NCBI GenBank assembly: GCA_963770895.1
Contig: CAVYRF010000002.1
Span: forward strand, 5,184,001-5,248,000
Direction of reading: 5' to 3'
Source: an uncultured Acidobacteriota bacterium
Lineage (GTDB): Bacteria > Acidobacteriota > Thermoanaerobaculia > Multivoradales > UBA5704
DNA length: 64,000 nt
The notes beneath the pieces were generated by a model. The model was not told the DNA's origin, did no database searches, and saw only the letters and a program-made list of their open reading frames with translations. A program made the translations under genes and the position numbers. This document shows positions 53,801 to 62,191 of the stretch, piece by piece (position 1 is the stretch's first letter; each line of letters opens with the position of its first letter).

Positions 53801-53946
53801 TTGCGGATACGCTGGAAGTCGCCACTTTTATGGAGTGCGCCCACCAGCCGTTCGATCAACGACTGGAACTCCTCGTGGAACAAGGATCGGAACTGATCGC
53901 GAAATCGGAGACGCTGGAGATCGAGGCGTGTCATGTCAACCGGCAT
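47866..53946 (-). CDS. Giant protein with N-terminal PD-(D/E)xK-like nuclease, TPR array and PIN-like domain; candidate defence protein
   Basis: 2026 aa. N-terminus GDGGLDG…YQIYAP…WSFVHN; TPR-like middle; PIN-like motifs VGLDITS, YLDDLA and CIDDRA. Confidence 0.65.
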   Translation of the reverse strand: MPVDMTRLDLQRLRFRDQFRSLFHEEFQSLIERLVGALHKSGDFQRIRKTSGDGGLDGLVINTGEVYQIYAPARITEQTDSILVTKLRDNFTTAYSTLEGNLRCWSFVHNYPEDAIGKLAASAVAGLKASHPAVTFRVLGIDSFWGLLREELSPEEIEDLFPIDPAPDRVIQEDHSARAARELNLILRRRGVTTLEEGCSDIVRLVDRATAGDLRHADAAKQAEILYWAARFHANAATFEQAQSFRARLARYALPPGTPILAALLLEAGGDPQGALHALRDLDDPDARANLFAVLYRVHGREEALARFASLPGGERPEFLTGFGWRQLAVALAQEGRWEDALASLERVRHLWDDYPELPNIEGRVRVAFLVSPELRREVLGGIVYLHGLRTLEGGGADRHRAEASFCFERTQVLWRDLFPPLALEAGIWSRWLLLTHPDPEVVAAARQDLERSMSSEGESMVRLLPLARARDIPFDAAKAMRYLERRSHLGGLSREERVAEFLINEQALSPGDQLAYLDREATSLQDVLAPDRLAGARIEVLLGDGQLARAKAELQASQGIFDEDDIRRIELRILQHEGEEDLRPGLEANFARTGDLIDLENLIRYLRKARDWAALHPLVAELVRRLPNRRNALELVVCMERSGDAAPDEILAFLDANPDLVEQAPELQSARAWALFRAGRLGEANDLNRQLMAERVDDLDLDLDINLALAGGQWERFSAIVDREWPRRDGHTPATLMRLASIAAQVDVAAERAWDLAKLAVERNEGDAHLLVSAIWLRFKLGRDDDRETASWPRQALALSAEDGPARALDLRTVVTQMMPAQREHRRRVEEGWLRGELPLHQAAIELHVPLSHLLIGIPRANRQSQDGRQRTLVPILSEHSQPQVLPPDWVVGLDITSIFVLAYLELLDRVLAALPKVCVAADTLLVILNDRNQVRHQQPALVRAAERLREMLDRQQLRDAEPASGDLRELAAEVGGDLAQLLLAARTSGGSVVRPLPIYRPASLMEELAVLGADEQRIWSTVDLELALYERGYLDAAQHEQAQRYLLTQDRPGAVPRDGSLLDRPLYLDDLAVTYLQHAQLLEPMIAAGLDLRVHPSLRADTNRMLDSARHGDLLAATLDQIRGALRSGIEAGKIRLLPRRDSIDGQQLPGAAPPTLLQFDADTGICDAICIDDRAINRYRGLTDKQGRTVPVLCVLDLVQFLVDQGVLTAAEQETIHHRLREAGFCFVPLAPDELVALGSRARWPEAGDLVESAELRTLRQSLARVRAIPPLHESARRGLGEALYPTSVLAIRELWQRADLPSERAAQVSDWIWHHVAPSPHEGLSDARPTAEHATEALVRHTWGLLQPLPPMGEGRLAAYREWVEAYVLRPRLAQYPGMVEALGRQAGELIERWTSEPMEHAALFARHLFNSQPQTVCDWLRANFVFRPELGLRSEEVVVLRGLVAFHPEPLFEATRRLLVTREPQALTTADGRAARLVFHDEVPAIDLPQGEGEPNRIVLQLFDTNLFAVDRAARLHALDQVLARFGGMAPPELAALRAAADLRELTVEEIHQLLSALENALVPHEHQVGAALADRQIPLDELPPPSFLLMERYYGPDPGTADPETYLTVTLPAHRQDLLRRDLVQGLRTCLRGALRDELLPGLWLAPYNDDEVWNALEASHPEAEPISLLAAVDVALHRQHDPRFAALLNRALPALVSDTFPLPCGGDFYAVFALLVELMLDKLMLVGGSALRPPFWRRMCAWMEAALMAPMLPQGAVDLGALTEFVQTGFWLVGRWAKMIDRRREPLVRPGLLAAPYVRAELLSRLWRLVVAHQAAGRRVPGADDIQAAYRAVWPVLPTDPLAAHLRPREELPEVLLAQLAGIPSQGAWAGALLYGWLGRLPAAVRASLAASLAADDEGGEPSQKRWQDLEQAALVAVAQRDLDLADAVANALLAVAPRTRAEEGIASLVGIMVTAAAVHEDEAAWAAWLEQRLASLTGRVLPGDPAFVCWDLLQRLDLVSPLQSGITRRAIATASAGM

Positions 53947-54043
53947 GGTGGGATTGCACTACCATCGTAGCGTGGGGAATCCAGACCCGGCTCCTGGTAC
54001 CAGTCCAACATGGACCACCACTGAGGGGCGGGGCGGTGTCGGG

Positions 54044-57000
54044 TCAGTGATCGAAACCGGTCCGCCGCCTCTCGGCTCCTTGGTCCACGATGCGGGCATC
54101 GCGCTCATAGGAATTCGCGAGGGAGTGGAGGATGGCAGCGGTTCGCGGCGAGCGGTCGAGAAAGAGCACGGCTTGTGCACGAAACGTAGCGGCGAGGGTC
54201 CGCTCCTGATCTCCCCCGTCGAACATGCCTCGGCTGGTGACACCGCGGCTGTTCAGGACGGCCGTTTTGAAGCCACTCTCCACGTCGCGACTTTGGAGCG
54301 TCTCGAGGAGATCGCGAACCTCCACGCAGGGCCACGCGCCGTCGGGGTCTGCAGGACAGCTGGCGAGCACCTGGCCGATGTGGATGTCGCCGACAGCGAG
54401 CCTCTGGAGGCGCTGCAAGTCGCGGCGACTCGCGGTAACCCAATCGACAAGAACCTGGCTGTCGAGAGCCCCGTCGTCTCGCTGACCTGGAAGGACACGC
54501 CACTTGGAGAGGAGCCGATAGGCGTTCCGGGCTAGGGCCTGCTGCTTCTCGGTTGGCTTGGCAGGCTCCAGTTCCTCGGGTGGCTCGCCTGTTCCCGAGG
54601 CCTCCTCGCGCTGGGGACGGTAAACGGTGGCCACGACTTCGACAAAAAAGCTTGGGTTTGCAGCGAGGTAGCGGCCCAGAGTCGATGTATTGGCATTGCG
54701 GCCGAGCGCTGACAGGTACGACCATTCAAGCTCGGCAAGCCGGTCTCTGGGAAACGTCGATGTCTCGAGGTAGTCGAAGAGCTGAGCGATTTCGTAGTGC
54801 GAGATAGCTTGGGCCTCGGGATCAGCTGGCGTCCGATCCAGCAACGCCGCAAGGCCTGCCGCTACGCTCTCGGCCGAGGTGAAGTCGGTGTTGTGGCGTA
54901 AGTAGAGGCTGATGATGTGCAGCGCTGACCCGGGTCGTCCTGCAGCGAGGAGCCTCGGCACGACGACGTCCAGATGGGCGAAATTGGAGCCGAGTCCAAA
55001 GATTTGAAAATGCTGCCAGAAGACACCTTCAACCTCGGCGCCCAGGCTCTCAGCGGCTTCCCAGGCGGCAGGGAAGTCATGGGTTGCTAATAACAGACGG
55101 CCTGATTGCTCGGGCGAGAGGCTACCTCCGTGCAAGAAGCTGTCGACCCAGGGCCAACCCTCGGTGCGGAAGCGCTCGTAGAGGTAGCTTGGGGCGAAGG
55201 TGGAACCCAGCGGATTGTCGGAGCCGAGTAGGGCGAGAAGCTGCGGGTCGTATCTGGTGACTTCGGCATGGGCGATTGCCCAGCCGAATATGGAAGGTTG
55301 GTGCCGATGTGATGCGAAAGTGTGGAGCTGTGGCCAGTCCGCTGCCGCAGCGATTTCCCGAACGGCCGCGATCCGCAATGTCTTGATCGCCGCGTCGTAG
55401 GCTTCCACGCCGTCGGCGTGGCGAACGTTGGGAATCTTCGGCATGGCCTGATCGAACAACCACGCAAATCGGTCGAACACCGCAATAGGCTCAAGACGCT
55501 GGACGATTCTCTCGAACTGAGAAACCTCATCCGAAGAGAGCGCCCAACTGCTGTCTGTGAACTCGCGGTGGCGAGCGACGATCGTCCGGAGCACTTCCCA
55601 AATTTGCTTCCTGCTCTCGGCGGCGAAATTCTCTTGGTCGGCCAGCGCGAGAAGCCGTGTCTTAATCTCTGCTCGCGTCTGGAAAGGAAGATTGGCGAGC
55701 TCTTCGATCAATGCGATCCATCGCTGCGGATCCGAGCCCACGTGCTCCATGAGGCGCACGCACGCCGCCTCGACTACTTGGGAGCGCTCGCTATCGGTGG
55801 GCTGGATCTGTTCTGGTTTCCAGGGGCGGAAGCGCGGAGCATAGGTGAGGTCGGCGAAATGGCCGCCACCGCAGCTGATCGCGAGCAGCAGCGGCCAGGC
55901 CACACTCTCGTGCCGCTGGCAAAGCGCATCGAGCGCTGCGATACGCCGATCCACGGTAACACTGTTCTGCGGATACCACGGGCGAAAGATGGCAATGAGA
56001 CTGGCCTGCGGCCGATTGAGGAGCTTGCCGCCGGGATCAATCTTAGCCAGACGGGCAAGTACGTCAACGGCTTGGCCGAAATCGACGGGCGACCAGGCGC
56101 AGACTTCGAGTGCCCAGAGGAGACCCGTGTGGGGAGAAGATGTCTGGTCCCGATCGGAGAACATGGCTTCCAGGACGGGCGGATCGCCGGTGAGGCCGGT
56201 AATGGCGGCCTCCAGGAGAACCGACGGCGCAGCCTCGGCGAGCAAGGGTAGAACGTCATGCAGGGATGCCCAGATCCGGCAGGTCGGATCCTGGTTCGCC
56301 GCCTCGAGGATTCGCCACACCGTATCCGCTGCCCAATCCCCGGCGGTTTGTGTCGTCCCGCTTATCGTGAGGCCGACCGAGTCTCCGAGCAGCGCCAATG
56401 TTACTGCAAATCCGTGCCGGAGCTCACCCGAATAGGGCGGAGTTTTACCGTAGACCTGCGCCAGCCATCGCTCGGCAGCGGGAAGGTCGAGCGCTGGGTC
56501 ACAGGCGCCGAAAACTCTGGCGGCGCTGGCCTGGAACACCTTGAGATCCTCGTTACGTAGGTCGCCTTTGAGCAGCCGCCAAGCATCGAAGGGGGAGACG
56601 AGGCCGACTGCTGGACCGAACCGTGCGAGGAGCGGGTCGCCCGGCGCTAGGAGAGCCCCTAAGCTCTCGGTAAGGGCGTCGTAGGTGTCCAGTCCGGTGA
56701 GGTCGGAAAGGACCGCCCGATCTTCGGTAGAGCTGTCAAGCCATCGGCCGGCGAGTAGAACCCGGCGAACCAGTCCGGGGACGGGGGGGCGGGCCCACTC
56801 CGGACGATACAGCTCCGGGTGGCTGGCGATGGAGCGCCGGGCCGCCTGCAGGTTGAGACGGGCCAGGGCAGCGACTTCGCCAGCGCGACCTTCTTCCAAG
56901 CCTGCGGCGATAAGCGCGTCCTGGGCTTTCTGCGCAGCGATCGGCGGTAGTTTGATCGTGAAAGGCCCGGAGTCGAGAGGCACCAGAAGATGGTGCTGCG

Positions 57001-57847
57001 AAGAAGAGCTGAGGTCGTCAGCGACCTCTTGGGTGGTCGGCACGAGGACGAGCGGGGCTGCGTGATCCCGCCATCGTCGCCACGCCGTGACGTCGTCGAG
57101 GAACGCGATCCTCGCGAGCAGCTGGCCGCGATCGACTCTTGACTTGCGGACACCCAGCGCGCTGATGAACGATAGGACATCGTCGCGGCTCGCTCCCTGT
57201 ATCGTGGTGATCTGGCCGGGCTTCGCGAGGCGCTCCTCGATTTCCTCCACTGCCTCATTGCGGCCGGCGAGAAGGGCGTCGGGCGGGAAGGCAGGAGAGG
57301 TTGCTTCGGACCACCGAGCCCACCAGGTTTCTGCCGGGACGAGGCCATGAGGGGACAGGCCAAGGAGCTCCGAGAGCCATACGTGGGTCACGGGCGCTGC
57401 CTCAAGCCATGTTTCGATGTCGTCGAGGCCGAAGGCGCGAACGGCCCGCCACCGACCTTCGGCTTCTTTTTCTCTGGCCCACGCGGCGCGGTCCTTCCAT
57501 CGCCGAAGGAGAGCTGCAACGTAGGTGCAGTCGCCTGTCGGTGTCCCGTCCGGGGTGGAGAGGCGCTTTGCATAGTCGAGGTCGGCTTTGCGCTTGACCG
57601 CCTTCTGCGTCGAAACCTCCCATAGGGAAAGGCCCGCCGGAATGAAGGCGGTGGCTTCGTTAGTCCGCACAGTGCCGTCCCAGCCTGCGTCGCCGACGCC
57701 CTCGCCAGCTGGAAAGCCCAAGCGCACTAAACCGCGCCCTGTTTCCAAAATCAGGCGACGGAGCAGCCTGGGGAAATCACCCCGCGCGGCGAGCGAGTCC
57801 GCCCACCGCAAGAGATCTGTCTGGTCGGCCAAGCCGAGTCTAGCCAT
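54044..57847 (-). CDS. Large protein with restriction-endonuclease-like N-terminus, possible degenerate NTPase region and helical repeats; candidate defence protein
   Basis: 1267 aa; GWDG…WEVS…KADLDYAKR; no canonical Walker A motif (IQGASRDD). Confidence 0.55.
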   Translation of the reverse strand: MARLGLADQTDLLRWADSLAARGDFPRLLRRLILETGRGLVRLGFPAGEGVGDAGWDGTVRTNEATAFIPAGLSLWEVSTQKAVKRKADLDYAKRLSTPDGTPTGDCTYVAALLRRWKDRAAWAREKEAEGRWRAVRAFGLDDIETWLEAAPVTHVWLSELLGLSPHGLVPAETWWARWSEATSPAFPPDALLAGRNEAVEEIEERLAKPGQITTIQGASRDDVLSFISALGVRKSRVDRGQLLARIAFLDDVTAWRRWRDHAAPLVLVPTTQEVADDLSSSSQHHLLVPLDSGPFTIKLPPIAAQKAQDALIAAGLEEGRAGEVAALARLNLQAARRSIASHPELYRPEWARPPVPGLVRRVLLAGRWLDSSTEDRAVLSDLTGLDTYDALTESLGALLAPGDPLLARFGPAVGLVSPFDAWRLLKGDLRNEDLKVFQASAARVFGACDPALDLPAAERWLAQVYGKTPPYSGELRHGFAVTLALLGDSVGLTISGTTQTAGDWAADTVWRILEAANQDPTCRIWASLHDVLPLLAEAAPSVLLEAAITGLTGDPPVLEAMFSDRDQTSSPHTGLLWALEVCAWSPVDFGQAVDVLARLAKIDPGGKLLNRPQASLIAIFRPWYPQNSVTVDRRIAALDALCQRHESVAWPLLLAISCGGGHFADLTYAPRFRPWKPEQIQPTDSERSQVVEAACVRLMEHVGSDPQRWIALIEELANLPFQTRAEIKTRLLALADQENFAAESRKQIWEVLRTIVARHREFTDSSWALSSDEVSQFERIVQRLEPIAVFDRFAWLFDQAMPKIPNVRHADGVEAYDAAIKTLRIAAVREIAAAADWPQLHTFASHRHQPSIFGWAIAHAEVTRYDPQLLALLGSDNPLGSTFAPSYLYERFRTEGWPWVDSFLHGGSLSPEQSGRLLLATHDFPAAWEAAESLGAEVEGVFWQHFQIFGLGSNFAHLDVVVPRLLAAGRPGSALHIISLYLRHNTDFTSAESVAAGLAALLDRTPADPEAQAISHYEIAQLFDYLETSTFPRDRLAELEWSYLSALGRNANTSTLGRYLAANPSFFVEVVATVYRPQREEASGTGEPPEELEPAKPTEKQQALARNAYRLLSKWRVLPGQRDDGALDSQVLVDWVTASRRDLQRLQRLAVGDIHIGQVLASCPADPDGAWPCVEVRDLLETLQSRDVESGFKTAVLNSRGVTSRGMFDGGDQERTLAATFRAQAVLFLDRSPRTAAILHSLANSYERDARIVDQGAERRRTGFDH

Positions 57848-58096
57848 GGGGGGTGGCCTTTGCAGGTGACGAACAATGGGTGAGGCCGGCGCGATCTGTC
57901 TCTGGCGAGAAAGGCGGCTCTTGGCTGCCGCTGCGCCTGGTTGGTGAGAACGGCACCGGCATGGCGGGACGATTCATCGCGAGAATTCTATCGAATGCGG
58001 TGCCATTGGGGCCATCATGCAAAGAGTAGCCGGCGCGATTTCGTCTCGGCAAGAGGTCTCTCTTTCATGTAACGCGAGCAAGGCTGCTGTGGCGGC

Positions 58097-58285
58097 TCAA
58101 CGGGGTAGGGCGTGGCTCCCGCCTAGGTTCGTGACGCGGACAGGCAGGGTTTTTGAGCGGAGGCGGATAGCCAGGTCGTTGGCTTCGGCAAGGGTCAAGG
58201 GGCCTTCAATGACAGCGGCGCGAACTGGGGCGCTGATGAAAGGCGCGGTGAGGATCTGGTCGTCGATCACAAACGCCACGCAGAC
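58097..58285 (-). pseudogene. Fragment resembling the SecD/SecF periplasmic head subdomain
   Basis: VAFVIDDQILTAPFI…IEGPLTLAEANDLAIRLRS; no full-length gene. Confidence 0.5.
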
Positions 58286-58928
58286 TCGCCAGGGCGAGCG
58301 AGGCATGCAGCAGGGGAGCTCACGCGGCACGTGGTTCGGGAGAACCGCCGCCTATCCTGGACCGGGTCACGCTGGAGGTGGCAGAAGCGGAGTGGGCGGC
58401 GAGCGATTGGGAGGACCTCGCTGCGGGCGGCGGCGCGCTTCCTCCGGGTTAGCTTCGACGGGCGCGCTTCGCAGCCCCCTGCGGCGGAGGCTCCGCCAGA
58501 CGCACCGAGGACTGCGCCAGCTCCAGCAGGCCCCGCAGGCCGGCCCCCACCGCAAGCTCGCGCCGCGCCTCTAAGGACGGTTCGGTGTCACCATCGAGGT
58601 GGGTCTGCCGTGTCTGACCTCGCCCGATTTTTCTGGGCGAGGAGGCGCTTTCGCAGTTCTTGGTACTCCCGACGCCCCTCGATCTGGCGTCGCAGCTCCG
58701 CATGATCCCGTGCACGCAGCGCCAGGTACTCCTCGACTTCGGAGCGGTGCCGAAGGTAGTAGGCGATGACGGTGTACACGTCCGGGAGCGAGACAGGCGG
58801 GTAGTCCTGCACGATCTCCTCGGCTGTCGCTCCGCGCCGGAACGCCCCAACGACGGTATCCAGCGTGAGGCGGGTGCCCTCAATGCGGATTGCCGAGCCG
58901 TTATCGGTGAAGACCAGCGGAACGGGAT

Positions 58929-60100
58929 CTAGTGTAGTGCGTCACACAGATGGGACCTTATTCAGTCTGAGACGTGCTCTCTTGACCTTTTCGAGGATGT
59001 CAGCAGCCTTAGCCGTCCAGATGTAGGGTTTAGGATCAGAGTTGTGCCGCTCGATCGCCCCCAGAATCGCGGATTCGAGCTGGTCGACACTGCGGAACAC
59101 TCCACGGGAAATTTGCTTCTCGGTCAGGTGTCGGAAGAAGCGTTCGACCATGTTGAGCCAGGAGGCACTGGTCGGAGTGAAATGAAGGTGAAATCGCGGA
59201 TGCCGAGCGATCCAGCGTAGAACGACCGCGTGCTTGTGGGTGCCATAGTTGTCGGCGATCAGGTGGATTTGCTTGGCTGCGGGTGTCTCCCGATCGATTT
59301 GTTTGAGGAACTTCAACCACTCCTGGTGGCGGTGCCTCGGCATGCAGCTACCGATGACTTTACCGTCCAGCGTACTCAAGGCCGCGAATAACGTCGTGGT
59401 GCCATTGCGCTTGTAGTCGTGCGTCATCGTGCCGCAGCGGCCCTTCTTCATCGGCAGGCCGGGTTGAGTCCGATCAAGAGCCTGGATCTGGCTCTTCTCA
59501 TCGGCACACAAGACGAGGGCGTGCTCTGGCGGGTTGAGATAGAGCGCGATGACATCTTCCATTTTCTCGACAAAGCGTCGATCGTTGCTCAGCTTGAAGG
59601 TCCGCACCCGATGAGGCTTGAGGCCGTGCCGCTGCCAGACCCGGCGCACCGTCGAGGCGCTGACCCCGACCGCCTCGGCCATGCTCCGCGTGCTCCAATG
59701 AGTGCCGTCCTGCGGCGTCTCTTGCGTTGTCTTGCGCACGATCTTCCGTAGCAAGCCCTGGGACAGGCTCGGCAGGCGCCCACTTCGATGCGCGTCTTTC
59801 TCGATCCCGCTCAGGCCGAACTGGCAAAAGCGGCTCCGCCAACGTCCGACGGTATGCCGCATGATGCCAAGACTTTCGGCAATTTCCCGATTCTCCTTGC
59901 CCTCGGCGGCCAGCAAGACGATCTTCGCGCGCTGCACCAGACGCGTCGGCGTGCTGCGGCCTCGGGCATAGGCCTCCAACTGCCGCCTTTCCTCCGGCGA
60001 AACCAGAACCAACGGTGCGATCCGCATCGTCCCAATCCTCCCACAGGACGATACGTACGAACCGCATATAAGGATTCCTAATTAGGGCGCACTACACTAG
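58929..60100 (-). mobile_element. IS630-family insertion sequence
   Basis: Inverted ends ctagtgtagtgcg / cgcactacactag; insertion at CTAG (TA target). Coordinates include both CTAG copies. Confidence 0.93.
58942..60027 (-). CDS. IS630-family transposase
   Basis: [40 protein letters not shown]. Confidence 0.96.
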   Translation of the reverse strand: MRIAPLVLVSPEERRQLEAYARGRSTPTRLVQRAKIVLLAAEGKENREIAESLGIMRHTVGRWRSRFCQFGLSGIEKDAHRSGRLPSLSQGLLRKIVRKTTQETPQDGTHWSTRSMAEAVGVSASTVRRVWQRHGLKPHRVRTFKLSNDRRFVEKMEDVIALYLNPPEHALVLCADEKSQIQALDRTQPGLPMKKGRCGTMTHDYKRNGTTTLFAALSTLDGKVIGSCMPRHRHQEWLKFLKQIDRETPAAKQIHLIADNYGTHKHAVVLRWIARHPRFHLHFTPTSASWLNMVERFFRHLTEKQISRGVFRSVDQLESAILGAIERHNSDPKPYIWTAKAADILEKVKRARLRLNKVPSV

Positions 60101-60178
60101 CAAAGCCGGGAGGTTCATCGGCGAAAGACTTTTAACCGTTGCCTAACAAGCGCATGCCGCTATGTCTTGGACTAGCGG

Positions 60179-61531
60179 TCACTCAAACTTCAATCGTTCA
60201 AGGCTATCAATGAAAGCATCCTTGGACTGGAAGTCATCGATATGGAGTAATAAATGAAGCATGAACTCCCAGGCTGCCTGCATAAAGCGGCCAACTGTCT
60301 CTAGGTCTGTCGCCGGCCTCCCATGGTGCACGAATGTTGAGCGTAGATCGTAGCCGGCCCGCATGAGACGCACCAGTTCTTGCCGCTCGTCAGCCGTTCG
60401 TCGAATAGCGAACGCGACACGCTCTGCAATGTTGCCACCTATTGGCTCACTTTGGTTCCGAAGGAGCATGGATTCCAAGCCTACCGTGACAAACAGCAGC
60501 TTCTCGGATGGGTCTCTCGTTATTGAATTGCGGGAATATGTCAGCAGGGCCGCCCGGACGGCCTCTTGAAACTGCGTGAGCGACTCAGCGGCCAAAAGAC
60601 GACTTAGGCGAGCGAACATTGGTTCCTCCGCCGCGATGACTTCGTTGGGCATAATCAACTGCGTCGGAGGAGGTGGCAACATTTTGCCGTTGCGCCCTGC
60701 GAATGTTCCGCCGGCATAGACGTAAGCATCGTAGCTGTCGATGTGCTCTGTCCCTAGAGGGCCACAGTAAAGGGCCATGTGTGGAGACGAGTTCGCCGGA
60801 TGAACAATGCGGAGTAGGGCGACCGCGTCTTCAGCTAGATCGAAGCACTCATCTACCGCAGAGTCCCGCTCTGCTTCGGTTTCAAGAACAACAGCCGTGA
60901 GCCCTTGCAGCTTTTGGCGCCGCGCGTTAAGAACTCGCCTAGTGTCTTCAAGGCGTTCAGGAGGTGAGTGTGCCAAGAAGGGCTCAAACCAGCTGTCTAA
61001 GATTTCTCTTGTAATAACCCGGAAAGTCACGGGGCCAAAATCTACATCAGCTTCCATTAGCAAGTTAGCGATGGGAATCCAGATGCTATGTACCGCAACT
61101 TTCTTTTTGCCTTGCTCGATGAGAAATCTGCTCAATTCGCCGTCGCCCCCCTTTGAGCGCACTTCAAGCCAGCCGACCACTAACGACTGAATAGTTGCGC
61201 GCGAAAGACCCCTGAGGTGCTTCCTAATCAATGCGGTAGCGCCTGAAAATGCTGCGTAGTCTGGGCCCACAATGCCAACCGGGCCGGAGGCGCCCTCGAA
61301 CACGATACTCGTCGGCTGGTTTGAGTAGAAGTCAATGTTCTGCATCCTGACCGTGCCAATGACGTTGGCTTCGGTGATGGTGTCTGTTGGCACCCGGTCA
61401 GGGTGAAACTGATACGGCCTTTCTGGCGGCTCCTTAAATGGTTTTATGAGAGTGATAAGGTGCGCGCCATGAGTATCAATGCTTGCCGCCGCACCGGGGT
61501 GTAGGCTTAGATGCGGCATAGAGAGTACCAA
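60179..61531 (-). CDS. Apea-like HEPN domain protein (putative RNase effector)
   Basis: C-terminal GLESML…IAERVA…YDLRSTFVHHG (RxxxxH); low GC; start may be the ATG of MPHLSL. Confidence 0.8.
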   Translation of the reverse strand: MVLSMPHLSLHPGAAASIDTHGAHLITLIKPFKEPPERPYQFHPDRVPTDTITEANVIGTVRMQNIDFYSNQPTSIVFEGASGPVGIVGPDYAAFSGATALIRKHLRGLSRATIQSLVVGWLEVRSKGGDGELSRFLIEQGKKKVAVHSIWIPIANLLMEADVDFGPVTFRVITREILDSWFEPFLAHSPPERLEDTRRVLNARRQKLQGLTAVVLETEAERDSAVDECFDLAEDAVALLRIVHPANSSPHMALYCGPLGTEHIDSYDAYVYAGGTFAGRNGKMLPPPPTQLIMPNEVIAAEEPMFARLSRLLAAESLTQFQEAVRAALLTYSRNSITRDPSEKLLFVTVGLESMLLRNQSEPIGGNIAERVAFAIRRTADERQELVRLMRAGYDLRSTFVHHGRPATDLETVGRFMQAAWEFMLHLLLHIDDFQSKDAFIDSLERLKFE

Positions 61532-61537
61532 GAGTGG

Positions 61538-61933
61538 TTAGGGAGGTGAGACATAAATAGTTCTCCTTGACGATGGCGTGCAAATGCTACCACAAGAAAA
61601 GTTCATCCCTGCTCGATTCCGTTTCGCACTCGATTGAGGCCAGCCTGTAGCTGATGCCGGCGTCCACTCATAACTGTGAGCCGTTGTGCCGGCTACAGAG
61701 CAAATCTCTCCGCAATCTCTGTTTTGGCAGTGCAGAAGGCAAGCAAAGAACTTTGTAATCCATTCGGGGTCCCAGTCTCTTTCTCCGTGGCTCTCGCGCG
61801 AGTCACGCGTCTCTGCCGTCGCGAGGCTGTCCGGCTGGATGGACAGGGAATGGCGTCCACATCGCGGACAGGGCCACGGAGGGAAGCCCTCCTCGTCATA
61901 CAGTCCAATCCAAAGTATTTCTTCAATGGGCAT
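61538..61933 (-). pseudogene. Zn-ribbon N-terminus of a DUF4145-like protein, apparently truncated
   Basis: WPCPRCG…WDPEW…HCQNRDCGE; no HEPN-like C-terminal domain follows in frame. Confidence 0.5.
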
Positions 61934-62191
61934 TGATGGTGTAATCTCCAGGCCCGCTCATCGGAGCGGCATTACAGAGTTCCAAGCAAGAGGCGGTCTC
62001 CGGTCCTGCGGCGATCCTGCGTTGGGGTCAATGATCGTTTCGCCAACAGCAGGCGTGTGCCGCGCGCCGCCGGTTCTCTGGAAGCTGCGTGCGCGTCCGC
62101 CGGGGGATCTCGCGGCTAGCTCTGACCTTGCCCATGCGTAGTCTGACCCCAGGCCGTCGTGCATGGGCTGTGGCTCCGCGGCCTGGATGTC

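Larger units (their letters stand above)
58588..60118 (-). pseudogene. DUF433 antitoxin-like gene interrupted by IS630
   Basis: Removing the IS restores MNLPALLDPVPLVFTDNGSAIRIEGTRLTLDTVV…GATAEEIVQDYP…VIAYYL in frame from ATG at 60118. Confidence 0.85.

Noticed and set aside
62016-62053. Hairpin downstream of the RT as the retron ncRNA
   Set aside because: A single stem only; Ec67-type ncRNA lies upstream, where a better candidate exists.
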